Source of the DNA: Ginglymostoma cirratum
Taxonomy: Eukaryota
Assembly: GCA_024137785.1 (NCBI GenBank)
Contig: JAHRHZ010000018.1
Coordinates: forward strand, 1-64,000
Direction: 5' to 3'
Length of the DNA stretch: 64,000 bases
Below the pieces are notes generated by a model. It was not told the origin of the DNA, did not search any database, and worked only from the letters and a program-made list of their open reading frames with translations. Every line of letters begins with the position of its first letter. The stretch's first letter is position 1. The translations under genes and the position numbers were made by a program. Below are positions 51,963-64,000 of this stretch, piece by piece.

Positions 51963-52509
51963 CTGAAATCAAGTCACCTGACGCTCATTGTAAGTTTTGC
52001 TTACACAGCTGCCTTTTAGGGCAGAAGTGGGAGAAGATTTACAGACCAGATGAAGCTGAATGGTGGAGAGGGAGGCGATGAGGGGAGGAGGACATGTCAA
52101 AATGTCTTTCTAACCAGCAACATGTCATTGATTGGTCTGTGAACCCGTGACCAGTTACTGATAACAAATGCCTTCCGCCTCCCAATAATGATGTGAATGG
52201 TTCACAGGGGGCTAAACAACTTTGGAAGTGTTGACAAGTTACAGAGAAAACATTAGATCGCCACCAGCTCAGGAGTCATCTCTGTGTTCTCTGCAGTAAA
52301 CAGCACTTTGACCCTGAAGAAAGTCGACTGATCTCTCCTCAGCATTTGTGTAGGCTGCAGCTTTTAATGAATCAGTCAGTAAGCTGTTATAAATGTGAAT
52401 CAGTCGGGGAGCTGCTATAAGTGTGAATCAGTCCTTGTGTGCCTCCTGTAAATGAGTGAAAACATTTGGAGAAGGAAGATTGAGAAGCAGCGTCTGAGCA
52501 GCACAAGAA

Positions 52510-54360
52510 TCATATAGAAAAAGTTTCTATAAATACATAAAACGAAAAAGAGTGGCTAAAGTAAACATTAGCCCTTTAGAGGATGAGAAGGGGAATTTAG
52601 TTATGGGATATAATGAAATGGCCGAGGCATTGAACAGGTATTTTGTATCAGTCTTCACAGTGGAGGACACTGATAACATGCCAGTAATTGACAAGAGACG
52701 AAGGTAGGTGAAGACCTGGAAACAATCATTATTACGGAAGAGGTAGTGTTGGGCAAGCTAATGGAGCTAAGGATTGATAAGTCTCCTGGCCCTGATGGAA
52801 TGCATCCCAGGGTACTAAAATAGATGGCAGGAGAAATAGCATGTGCACTGGCGGTAATTTTCCAAAATTCGCTGGGCTCTGAGGCAGTCCCAGCAGATTG
52901 GAAAATAGCAATTGTGATGCCACTGTTTAAAAAAGGATGTAGACAAAAGATGGGGAATTATAGACCGGTTAGCTTAACCTCTGTAGTGGGGGAGATGCTT
53001 GAGTCTATTATCAAGGAAGAAATAGCAAGACATCTCGATAGAAATTGTCCCATTGGGCAGACGCAGCATGGGTTCATGAAGGGCAGGTCATGCTTGACAA
53101 ATCTTTTGGAATTCTGTGAAGACATTACGAGCAAGGTGGGCAATGGGGACCCAGTGGATGTGGTGTACCTGGATTTCCAAAAGGCCTTCGACAAGGTGCC
53201 GCACAAAAGGCTGGTGTATAAGATAAGGGTGCATGGCGTTAGGAGTAAAGTATTAGCATGGATAGAGGATTGGTTGACTTACAGGAAGCAAAGAGTGGGG
53301 ATAAATGAGTGCTATTCTGACTGGCAATCAGTGACTTGAGGTGTGCCTCAGGGATCGGTGTTGGGACCGCAATTATTTACTATTTATATAGATGACTTGG
53401 AGTTGGGGACAACTTGTAGGGTGTCAAAGTTTGCAGATGACACTAAGATATGTGGCAGAGCAAAGTGTGCAGAGGACTGTGAAATCTTACAGAGGAACAT
53501 AGATACATTGAGTGAGTGGGCAAAGGTCTGGCAGATGGAATACAATGTAAATAAATGCAAAGTCACACATTTTCGTAGGAGTAATAGTAAAAAGGATTAT
53601 TACTTTAATGGTAAAAAGTTGCATCATGCTGCTATGCAGAGGGACCTGGGTGTCCTTGTGCATGAATCACAGAAGGTTGGTCTGCAGGTACAACAAGTAA
53701 TTAGGAAGGCAAATGGAATTTTGTCCTTCATTGCTAAAGGGGTTGAGTTTAAAAGCAGAGAGGTTATGTTGCAGCTGTACAAGGTGCTGGTGAGGCCACA
53801 CCTGGAGTACTGTGCGCAGTTTTGGTCTCCTTACTTGAAAAAGGATGTACTGGCACCGGAGAGGGTGCAGAGGAGGTTCACTAGGTTGATTCAGGAGTTG
53901 AGGGGGTTGGCTTATGAGGAAAGACTGAGTAGATTGGGATTATATTCATTGGAATTCAGAAGATTGAGAGGGGATCTTATAGAAACATATAAAATTATGA
54001 AGGGAATAGATAAGATAGAAGTAGAGAGGATGTTCCCACTGGCAGGTGAAACTAGGACAAGAGGGCATAGCTTCAAGATTAGAGGGAGCAGATTTAGGAC
54101 TGAATTGAGAAGGAACTTCTTCATCCAGAGGGTTGTTAATCTATGGAATTCTCTGCCCAGTGAAGTAGTTGACGCTACTTCAGTAAACGTCTTTAAAGCT
54201 AAGGTAGATATCTTTTTGAACAATAAAGGAATTAAGGGACACGGTGAGAGCGTGGTTAAGTGGATCTGAGTCCACAAAAAGATCAGCCATGATCTTATCG
54301 AATGGCGGAGCAGGCTCAAAGGGCCGGACATCCTACTCCTGCTCCTAGTTCTTATGTTAT
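52510..54360 (+). mobile_element. Young 5'-truncated CR1 LINE (RT region almost intact)
   Basis: ORFs 52824-53339 and 53343-54269 are in the same frame, separated by one stop; YLDFQKAFDKVPH, PQGSVLGP, SKFADDTK. Confidence 0.95.
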
Positions 54361-55579
54361 GTATCTCAGAAAATCCTGTCGACAGGGAACTCTGAACTAT
54401 CTTCCCAGTTTTTCCCTCAGTCCATAACACCCATGTTTTTATCTATGTCAGTCTTTATGTTGGAAAGCAGGAGTTTATAACAGGGCATGAGTTTTAACTG
54501 GTACTTTTGTATCTGAATCCCTCATCATTGTTTTCCTGTAACTAGATTCTATTTCTTTGTAATAAACAGGAACTCTTGTTCTGGAGAGAAACCTGGTTTT
54601 GCTTTCTGGCCACCTGGGTCTGAAAGACAGGGAAATGGGGGACTTGCATATGGTTTATTAAATCTTCAAATTTTGTGACAACTCCAGAAATAGCTGGGAT
54701 CCATTTTAACTGAGGTGTAACAAGGGGCTTAAGACAAGAGGTTGGCTGTGGAGGAGAAGTTGATTTGAAATCATAAATTGACGATGACATGAGCTCATCT
54801 CCTTGGTTGTTTACTGTTCCAGGAATGTGTACAGAAAAAAAAACTGTGAAGCTCACCCATCTGTGTCTTGTCAAAGGAGGGATTCTGTAATCTCCAGGCA
54901 GATGCTGGACACCAGTTGCTATCAATGAGTCATCTGTGAGACAAATCATCAAACATCATGACCAGGCAGCTGGAATGTTGTTTAAGACCATTTCCCTAGA
55001 AAGGCCACATTATTCTGGGATCAGACTTGTCAAGCAGTCTCCTCAACTGGGATCAGAATACTTTCTGCAATGAACATAATTCCTTGATCTCTGATTATTA
55101 TCACAAATTTGACAGATAATACCTTTTCCTGACTCACTCCATCAAAACCCGTAACTTCTTGAAAACCCCATTCGATCCCCTGTCAGCATTCACCGATCTG
55201 AGGAATGGTTCTGAAAGAGACAATATTACATATTTACAAAGGTCTGTCTGTGTCAGCTGGTGGACTACAGAATGCCATTTCTATGTCTGAAGGTCCATCC
55301 ATTTTCAGGGCCATCCATTTTCAGGGCCATTCTTTACACCATTGCTATCCTGAGGGGCAGTCACAAGCTGTAGCTAAAGCCCAGGGGCGTCCTATAACCT
55401 TCATTCTGTCAGCTATGGGTTCGTCACCTTTCATGGTCAGTTCTGTTCATCAGACAAATGCCCTGGCATACCCATTAGCTAATTAAACACATCAGGAATC
55501 TAACCGTGTAAAAGGGATATTTGGAATAGTGAGTAATTCCTGCTAATTGTTGCGATAATGATTAAATTAGTTTGCTTGC

Positions 55580-55623
55580 CACTTACTGTTGCATTCACAG
55601 CACTCTGGTCTTCAACAGGACTC
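55580..55623 (-). pseudogene. Paralogue of the ITSM exon: SPVEDQSAVNATVS (Tyr to Asn; donor GT to GC)
   Basis: cttatttag| acceptor, 44 nt, aligns with 34564-34607. Confidence 0.7.
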
Positions 55624-56437
55624 CTAAATAAGTACCACACATTAGAATTATTGCACATTTACCACAGAACGACATTGTCATCTTCATACTCTCAGTGCTG
55701 ATGGATTTTACACGCTGCACCATGGACATTTCAAATCAACTTAAAGACAAAAAGGATGATGTAGAATTTATGTGAACAACAAAGGAAAGACTTTGACAAA
55801 ATTAGATGGCATGCTGGCAAACTTTGCCAAGTTGTTGTTATTTCCAACTTTGGATGGGAGAGATTTCTTCAAGAAACTTGCTGCACTATCAATTGGTTCA
55901 GACCAATAATACACTGAGGGAGAGAACTGCACCAACTCAGCAGAATGCTGCCCAGGATAAGCACATACAAACACAATGAAAAACTTCAGAATGTCTTTGT
56001 ATCATTGGAAGGACCCAGACTTCAGGGCTATGATCAAAGTCTTTAAAACACTTTTAAGGGGCAATGAACAGGATGGAAACAGACCATTGAGGGGATGAAG
56101 AATGAGGGGTCATGGATACAAACAACAACAAAACAGATTCAGTCTAGATGCTTGGGAAATCCCTTCCCCCCAAGGGTGGGGAGGCTCTGGGATTCACTCC
56201 AGATTAATGGCAGGTGTAGACTCAATGTCAACATTCAGGATTCGATTGGAGAAGGGTGTGAGGATAAAGGGGATTGAATGGATGAGGGAACAGGGCAGGA
56301 AAATGTAATTTGGACGTTCTTGCAGATGTCAAAGTGAAATGCCAGCACGGTCTATTGGGCCAAATAGTCTGGCACTCGCATGGCTTTCCCAGCAGGAGGT
56401 GCTGTGCTGCCAGTGAGCTACCAACACTAAGGCAAAC

Positions 56438-56557
56438 CCTGACACTGGGCTTGGTGGGTAATGATCTGGTATCCACTGGGGATCCTGCAGGTGATGTCTA
56501 ATGCTTGTCCCATTCAAAGCTTTCTGATTGTCACCAGCAGATGCCTGTGGCCTGGTA
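56438..56557 (-). pseudogene. Probable juxtamembrane exon starting TRPQASAGDNQKALNG (3' boundary uncertain)
   Basis: Pyrimidine-rich acceptor ...atgtcctccag|; open in phase 2 after the TM exon; donor GG|gtttgc would keep phase with the 55623 exon. Confidence 0.4.
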
Positions 56558-56768
56558 CTGGAGGACATGTGACACAAGAGATGGAGCAAAATGGCAGCGA
56601 TTGGGCATCTGGACGTGTGGGATGGTCTCGACAGTCACTGATCCACCATTTACAATGGATCTATATGCTGCAGTGGGAATATCAGCACTTACTAAATATA
56701 ATCACTCCAATGTCAAAAACAATAAATGTGCAGTGACAGAATCAAACCCAAGATGAAATGGAATTTAC

Positions 56769-56919
56769 CCTCGTGTGGAGTCCTTTACTGATGAGCACAG
56801 ATTTTGTTTCTGAAGGAGCAATGTGAGCAAGACAATGCAGATCACAACAGTGAAACCCAGAATGATGCCAATGATTAGAATGGGATCTGAAATCCAGCGA
56901 ATACCATGAGAAGATTCTT
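56769..56919 (-). CDS. Transmembrane exon ESSHGIRWISDPILIIGIILGFTVVICIVLLTLLLQKQNLCSSVKDSTR of a type I receptor (gene probably disabled downstream)
   Basis: ctgatattttacag| acceptor, phase-1 start as expected after an Ig exon, 23 uncharged hydrophobic residues then QKQ, donor GG|gtaaat (alternative at 56789). Confidence 0.85.
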
Positions 56920-58999
56920 CTGTAAAATATCAGAATGTTACACACATAGTCATTTCAGTCTGAGCAACGTCTAAAATTGACAATAAATTTTGTGTTCCTC
57001 AGGACAGTAACCCTTCTCCTGGCTCCTCAAAGCTGTCCACTATCCACAAGGCACATTTCAGGAGTGTGATGGAATACTCCCCACTTCCCTGCTTGGATAG
57101 CTGAACATGATTGTGGAAACCCTGGACCTTGGTGAGGGTGCCATTCACAAACTGGCTTATCACCCACTCCATGTTGCTGCCAGGTCACTGGTAGTGCAAC
57201 TGGACATCAGTGTCAATCACACTGGCATTGTACATGGTACACTGGAACTCAACAGTTTCACCCTCTGGTACCTTGCTGACCACTCGATACTGAATGAGGA
57301 CTGGATCAGCCAATGGATCTGTTCATTTTGAAGAGAAAAAAAAATGTAACTTGAATTGCAGCATTTTAAAAAATCTCCTCCTGGTTAAATGATGATTTGC
57401 AGAGGATCAACTGAAGCTTCTTGTGTGGCTATTGCTGTTTGTGATTTGAGAGGGAATAATTTGAAATATATCCATCAGCTGAAAGCTTTCTAATTTGCTG
57501 CTTTGATTTATTTTGAGCAGGGTCCTGCCACAGAATAATCTATCGAGAGGAGAATCTCACAATGTGCACAGCTGACTGATTGGAGGAGATCAAATAGCAA
57601 TTTACAAAGTTTCATTCTCACCAAAAACCGAAAGGAAGCAGTTGAAAGTTTCAAACCGCCTGCAATTGATCCCTCCTGACCACATGCTGTAATGATTCAT
57701 TGTTGCTGTATCCTATTCTCTCTCCCAACGGTATGCGGGGACTTGAGGAGAAAGCAGGGCAATGGCAGTCAGGAATGATGCTTCATTTGAAGTTTCAGTG
57801 CAGATAGGATGGGGCTGAATGATCTCCTTCTACACTGGAACATTTCTGTGATTCTCTAATCCTATCCCTGAGTCAGCTATCCCCTGACTGCTCTTGCCTG
57901 GAATTGCATCAGCAATGGGGAAAATGAGGACCTTCTGATTGGAATCTCAGACTTTCTCCTCCATTCCTGACCAAGGTTATCATCCCAGGGTCGGGAAATG
58001 TTTGGGGTTGAGACCCAAACACAAACCTGTGCCATTGGGCTCACTGTTAGAAAGGTCTGGGACCCAAACCGGCCTCACCTGCAGTCACATCCTCCTGTCC
58101 CTGATCCATGACTAATCTCCAATTCCCTAATCCAAGTGGTGTGAGCATCCTCTGGAGAAAGGTTTCCAAGGAACTTTCCCCTTCTCTGTTGTGACACAAT
58201 GTTTTCATCTTAGACTCCAGCTCCTCAATTTGGATCTAAATTTTCTTGAGCTGCGAATACTTACTCCGGATGTGTTCACTCTGGATCCTCCTGGGTTTAA
58301 GGGGACTTCTTTGAAACAGATGTGATCCTTAGGGGGCTTGACTTGGTGGACATGGAAAGTATGGCTCCTTTTGTGGGACCTTTGAGAATTAGGGGGCCAA
58401 GTTTAAAAATGAGGAAGTACACATTTAAGACAAAGATGAGGATTTTTTTTTTCTCAGAAAATTTTGAGTGCTTGGAATTTCCGTCATCAAAAGGCAGTGA
58501 ATGTAGAATCTTTAAATATTTTTAAGGCTGAGAGAGGGAGTTTCTTGATTACTCAGGGCGTGCAAAATTAACAGGAGTGTTTAGGAATGTGGAGTAGTGA
58601 TTAAAATAGGATTATCCATCATTTTATTTAGTCAAGGAGCAGGCTTAATGGGCTGAACGGCCTACTCCTGTTCCTGTCTGTCTGTGTCTCTTGAACTAAG
58701 GGAATGAAAGAGGGCCTCAAGAAGGGGAGTAACCAGGGTGGGTGTGAGGAATGGTTTAGCTCAGGACAAGGACATCAGAGGTGGAGGTGGGAGTGTCATT
58801 GAGCAGAACAGGAGCTGCAGCGGATTGTGGGGAATGACGGCCTAAAGATTCGAGAGCTGAGAATGTGAAATTTCCTCGATAAGTTACTCACATCTTAGTG
58901 GGTTACACTGGAGCCCAATTAACCTTAAGTTTAAATGATGTTGAGATACAGATCAGCCATGGTTCATTTGAATGTGGAACTAGCTCATGGTGGTGAATG

Positions 59000-61830
59000 C
59001 CATAGAGTCATAGAGTATACAGCACAGAAACGGATCCTTTACTCCAATCAGTCCGTGCTGAACCTAATCCCAAACTGAACTAATCCCACCAGCCTGTTCT
59101 TGGCCCATCTCCCTTCAAACCTTTCCTATTTATGTACTTATCCAAATGTCTTTTAAACTTTGCAAGTCACCCCTTCCTCAGGAAGCTCATTCCACATGCA
59201 ACCACCTCCTGTGCAAACAATTTGCCCTTCATGTCTTTTTAAAATCTCTATCCTTTCACCTTAAAATGTGCCCCCTAGTCTGGAAATCTCCCATCCTAGA
59301 GAAACTACAACTACCGTTAACTTTATCTATACCCTTCATTATTTTATAAACTTCTATCAGGTCACCTCTCAACCTCCTCCACTCCAGTGAAAGAAGTCCC
59401 AGCCTGTCAAGCCTTTCTTTATAACCCAAACCTTCCATACCTGGAAACATCTTGGTAAATCTCTTCTTAACCCTCTCTGGCTTAATAATATCCTTCCTAT
59501 AACTGGGCAACCAGAACTGGACACTGTATTCCAGAACAGACTTTACCAATGTCCTGTACAACCTCAACATGACTTCCCAATTCCAATTTTCAAAGGACTG
59601 AGCAATGAAGGCGAGCACAGCAAATACCTTTTTAACCATCCTGTCTATATGTGACGCAAGCTTCAAAGAATTATGTACCTGCACCCCTAGGTCCCTCTGT
59701 TCTACAACACTACCCAAGGCCCTACCATTAATTGTATACGCCCCACCTTTTTTCATTATATGAAAATGCAATACCTCGCATTTATCCAGATTGAACTCCA
59801 TCAGCCATTTGTCAGCCATTGATACATTTGATCAAGATCCCTTTGTAATCTTAGAAAACCTTCTTCCCTGACTACTATGCCACCAATGTTGGTGTCATCC
59901 GCAAACTCACTAACCATGCCTTCTATATTCTCATCCAAATCATTTACATAAATGACCAATAAGAGAGGACTCAGAACAGATCCCTGTGGATCACTGCTGG
60001 TGACAGGCCTCCATTCCAAAAAGCAACCCTCCACTCCCACTGTCTCTCTCCTGCCATTTAGCCAATTATGTATCCATTGGCAAGCTCACCTTGGATCCCA
60101 TGTGATCCAACTTCACTAATTAGTCAACCGTGTGGAACCTTGTCAAAGGCTTCACTAAAGTCCAAATAAGCAATGTTTGCTGCTGTACCGTCATCAATCG
60201 TTTTGGTAATTTCCTCAAAAAACTCAGTCAAGTTTGGGAGACATTATTTTCCTCACACAAAACTATGCTGACTATTCCTAATCAATTTTTGCCTCTCTAA
60301 AGGTCCATCAATCCTATCTTTTAAAATCATCTCTAACAATTTACCCACAACCAAAGTCAGACTCATGGGTCTACAGTTCACCGGTTTCTGCTTACAACTT
60401 TTCTGAAATAAAGGTACAACGTTAGCTACCCTACAGTCATCAGGCATCTCAGCCATAGCTACAGATGATGCAAATATTTCTGCAAGGGTTCTCACACTTT
60501 CCTCCTTTACTTCCCACAATGTTCTGGGATACATTAGATCTGGTCCCAGAGATTTATCCACATTTATATCTCTATTCTTGGACTTCCTTTCTGTAATGTG
60601 AACTGTTTTTAAAACATCAAAATTTATTTCCCTGTGTTCTCAACCTCCATTTCTTTTTCCAGAGTAAAAACTAAGGCAAAATATTCATTTAGTATCTCTC
60701 CCATCATCTAGGGTTCAACACAAAGGTGACCTCGTTGATCTTTAAGGGGCCCTACTCTCTCTCTAGTTAACCTCTTGCTCTTAATACATTTGTAGAATCT
60801 CTTTTATTCATGATTAGAACCTCAATATCTTTATTCATTCATTGTTCCTTAAACCTACCAGTCTTACATTTCAGCTAGCAGGAACATAATACCTCTGAAC
60901 TTCCGTCATCACGCTCTTGAAAGCCTCCAATTTGTCGGCCGTCCTTTTACCTGTGAACAGTCGACTCCACTCAACTTTCAAAAGTTGTATCAGAGATAAT
61001 AGTATGATGCTGCTTGGCCTGCTGTGTTCATCCAGCTCCACACCTTGATAAGCTTTCCTGCTCCTCTGATGCTGCTTGGCCTGCTGTGTTCATCCAGCTC
61101 CACACCTTGATTTCTCCAACTTTCAAAAGTTCTTGTCTCATACCGTTAAAAATTGCCTTATTCCAATTAAAAACTTTAACTTTTGTGGAAGGCTTATCCT
61201 TTTCCATAACCATCTTGAAACTTAATTTATGATTGCTAGGGCCAAAGTGCTCCCTCACTTGTACTTCAGTCACCTGCCCTGCCTTATTGCCCAAAAGAAA
61301 GTCTAGTTTTACCCCTTCTCTAGTAGGAGCATTGACATATTGATAAATAAAATTTTCTTGAACACATTTAACAAATTCTTCACCATCTAAACCTTTAATA
61401 CTATGGTAGCCTCAGTCAATGTTTGGAAAATTAAAATCCCCCATTATTACAAACTTATGCTTACATATATCTGAGATCTCCTTCCATATTTGTTTCGGAG
61501 TTTCCCTCTGACTATAGTACAATCCCAATAAGGTGATCCTTTTCTTTTTCATTTCTAATTTCTACCCATGTATTTTCACTGGACAATTTTTCAGAAATAT
61601 CTTCTCTAGATACAACAGAAATGACTTCCTTAATCAGAAACACCACACCTTTCTTTCTTGCCTTATGTCATATCCTTCCCGTAGCATCAAAAACCCAGAA
61701 AGTTGAGCTGCCAGTCTTGTCCATCTCTCAGCCAAGTTTCTGCAATAACTGTGACTTCCCAATCCCACATTCTTTAACATGCCCTAGGTTTATCACCTTT
61801 ACCTGTCAGACCCCTCGCATTGACATAGTG
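59000..61830 (-). mobile_element. Decayed CR1 LINE ORF2 with a short PLE-derived insert (60987-61116)
   Basis: EFADDT, WLMEFNLDKCEVLHF, ANVVPLFQK; insert flanked by CAACTTTCAAAAGTT. Confidence 0.92.
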
Positions 61831-63217
61831 AAACAATTAAAGGAGTACAGAGTGAATTTAAGAGGTTAGGTGGAAGATTAAAAAATAGACCCCTAAATGT
61901 AGTAATCTCTGGTGAAAGGAGATAAGGCAATGGCTGAGAGCTGGTGGTCAGGAATTCAGGTTTTTGCACAATTGGAATGGCTTTTGGGACAGAAAAGACC
62001 TGCTCAAACAGGATGGGTCGACCCTGAACTGTCTACAGAAGGCAATAGCTTCCTATAAAAAGAAATCCCTTTGTAATCTGTTAAACTCTCAAATCTCTAT
62101 TATTACAGATAAATACAGGCTGATGGAGTAATAGTGAGATAACATTACTGTGTGCAGTCTTGGCACTGAATCCTTCATTACAAGAACATGTTGTTAGATA
62201 ATTACAGAGTCACACCTTATGCCACCCAGGCCTCTCATGGGCAACAGCTTCTTCCAAACAAGGCACCAACCATTTTCCTGCTCCTATGATGCTGCTTGGC
62301 CTGCTGTGTTCATCCAGCCCCATGCCTTGTTATCTCTCTCACCAACCATTTGCCTATTTATTGACTTTAGTTACAAATAGTTGTAACACAATAATACCCA
62401 ACAATTCCAGGCTAACTGATGGCTGGAAACAGGTTACCTTAATTCCTGATGTTCCCATCAGTTGTTGTAAAAACCCATCTGGTTCACTAATATACTTCAG
62501 GGAAGGAAATCTGCCATGCTTACCTGGTCTGGCCTACATGTGACTCCAGACCCACAGCAATGTGGATTATTCCTGTTGTCTTCTGAAATGGACAGACAAG
62601 TGACTCAGCTTGAGGGCAATTAGGAATGAGGAAGAAATTCTGGCCTTGCCAGCGGTACTCACATCCCATCGGAAAATAAAGAAAAAATTCTCCAATGTGC
62701 TACATCCTGGGACCCTCCATTGGCCTGTCCATTAACTGGAGCAGTGTAACAAATACTGTGGCTACAAGAGCAGGCTGAGGTGAATAACTCACACTCTGAC
62801 ACCCACAGCCTGTCTACCATCTATCAACAAAGCAGAAGTTAGGACGGTAGTGGAGCCACTTGCCTGGATGAATGCAACTCCAACAACATCAAGAAGCTTC
62901 ACACCATCCAGGACAAAACAGCTCGCTTGAATGTTTTGGTGCCAACTGCTTCCTGTGGCAGAGAATTTCACAGGCTCCCCACTTTCTGGGTGAAGATGTT
63001 TCTTTTCAATGGCCATTCGAGATGAACAACAAGTGCTGACCCAGCCACTGATGACCACAATCCAGGAATGAATGAAACAAAACCAGATAGAGACTGGAGA
63101 ATGTTAAATACAACACTGAGAACAAATGAGACGGAGAAGCAGAAAGACAGAGAGAAGAGAAAGAGTTGGAGATTGAGGAACTAGTCCAAGAGGAGAAACC
63201 ATTTATTCTTGAAGAAG

Positions 63218-63654
63218 AGATAACAAGGTGTGGAGCTGGATGAACACAGCAGGCCAAGCAACATCATAGGAGCAGGAAAGCTTGACGTTTCGGGCCTAAA
63301 CCCTTCATCAGAAATGGGGGAGGGGAAGAGGGTTCTGAAATAAATAGGGAGAGAGGGGGAGGCGGGTAGAGGTTGGATAGAGGAGAGGATAGTTGGAGAG
63401 GAGACAGACAAGTCAAAGAGGCGGGGATGAAGCCAGTTAAAGTGAGTGTAGGTGGGGAGGTAGGGAGGAGATAGGTCTCCCCCACTCTCCCTATTTATTT
63501 CAGAACCCTCTTCCCCTCCCCCATTTCTGATGAAGGGTCTAGGCCCGAAACATCAAGCTTTCCTGCTCCTGTGATGCTGCTTGGCCTGCTGTGTTCATCC
63601 AGCCCCACAACTTGTTATCTCAGATTCTCCAGCATCTGCAGTACTTATTATCTC
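63218..63654. mobile_element. Complete PLE-derived inverted-repeat element, each arm carrying a hammerhead-ribozyme core
   Basis: - arm about 63218-63475, + arm about 63480-63654; duplication TTATTCTTGAAGAAG at 63203-63217 and 63655-63669. Confidence 0.9.
63284..63311 (-). ncRNA. Minimal hammerhead ribozyme motif (second copy on + at 63527-63554)
   Basis: CTGATGA-AGGGTTTAGGCCC-GAAAC-GTC: conserved core boxes around a short stem II. Confidence 0.7.
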
Positions 63655-63679
63655 TTATTCTTGAAGAAGTTCTGTTTTT

Positions 63680-64000
63680 CTCTCCAACTGGATTTCCATT
63701 CCAATCGTTTTTCTTGTCCACCGACATTAATCTCAGTGTTGCTCCTGGTGTTTGACTAGGTATTTGCAAAAACCTGTTTCCACAACATATCACATTCCTC
63801 GGTGACTGCCTCCTGCTGAGACTCAACTCATGTGGATTCCAACTCAAGTTTGGGCTTTGAATCCACCCAGGATCACAAGTATCTTGACATGTTCAACATT
63901 TCACAGACAGGTGTCCTCAACGCATCCTGAGACCCACACATACCTGAGCTCTTTCTCCAACATCATCACATCATGCTGGCTTAGGGTTGCATCATTACAT
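63680..64000 (+). mobile_element. Decayed N-terminal region of a Penelope-like ORF
   Basis: FLGDCLLLRLNSCGFQLKF-like segment resembling PLE N-termini. Confidence 0.5.

Noticed and set aside
57000-64000. Search for V or leader exons of the - strand receptor
   Set aside because: None recognised; the region is mostly repeats, so the ectodomain is beyond the window or deleted

Overview
Repeat-dense vertebrate genomic DNA, almost certainly from a cartilaginous fish (shark-type HE1/V-SINE, Deu-domain SINE, CR1, Rex1/Babar, Penelope-like and Gypsy repeats), with two 400-N assembly gaps. Most long ORFs are retroelement fragments. Between the repeats lie exons of a decayed immunoglobulin-superfamily receptor cluster that the ORF track mostly misses. 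On the + strand there are two near-identical signal-peptide exons (2069, 16076) and two disabled V-set domains (about 12270 and 19644); the second carries a germline-joined J-like strand and no RSS. These are followed by a candidate TM exon and three phase-compatible cytoplasmic exons carrying TVYAIV, CLYAEL and SEYAVV (ITSM/ITIM-type). On the - strand, facing it tail-to-tail, are a clear TM exon (56769-56919), an inverted paralogue of the ITSM exon with Tyr changed to Asn, and exons that splice into an ITAM-like YMTM-x7-(Y>stop)NEL, part of which is tandemly duplicated. The best reading is a pseudogenised inhibitory/activating paired-receptor locus built on non-rearranging VJ domains. Exon linkage is inferred from splice signals and phases only. 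Repeat boundaries are approximate and read by eye.
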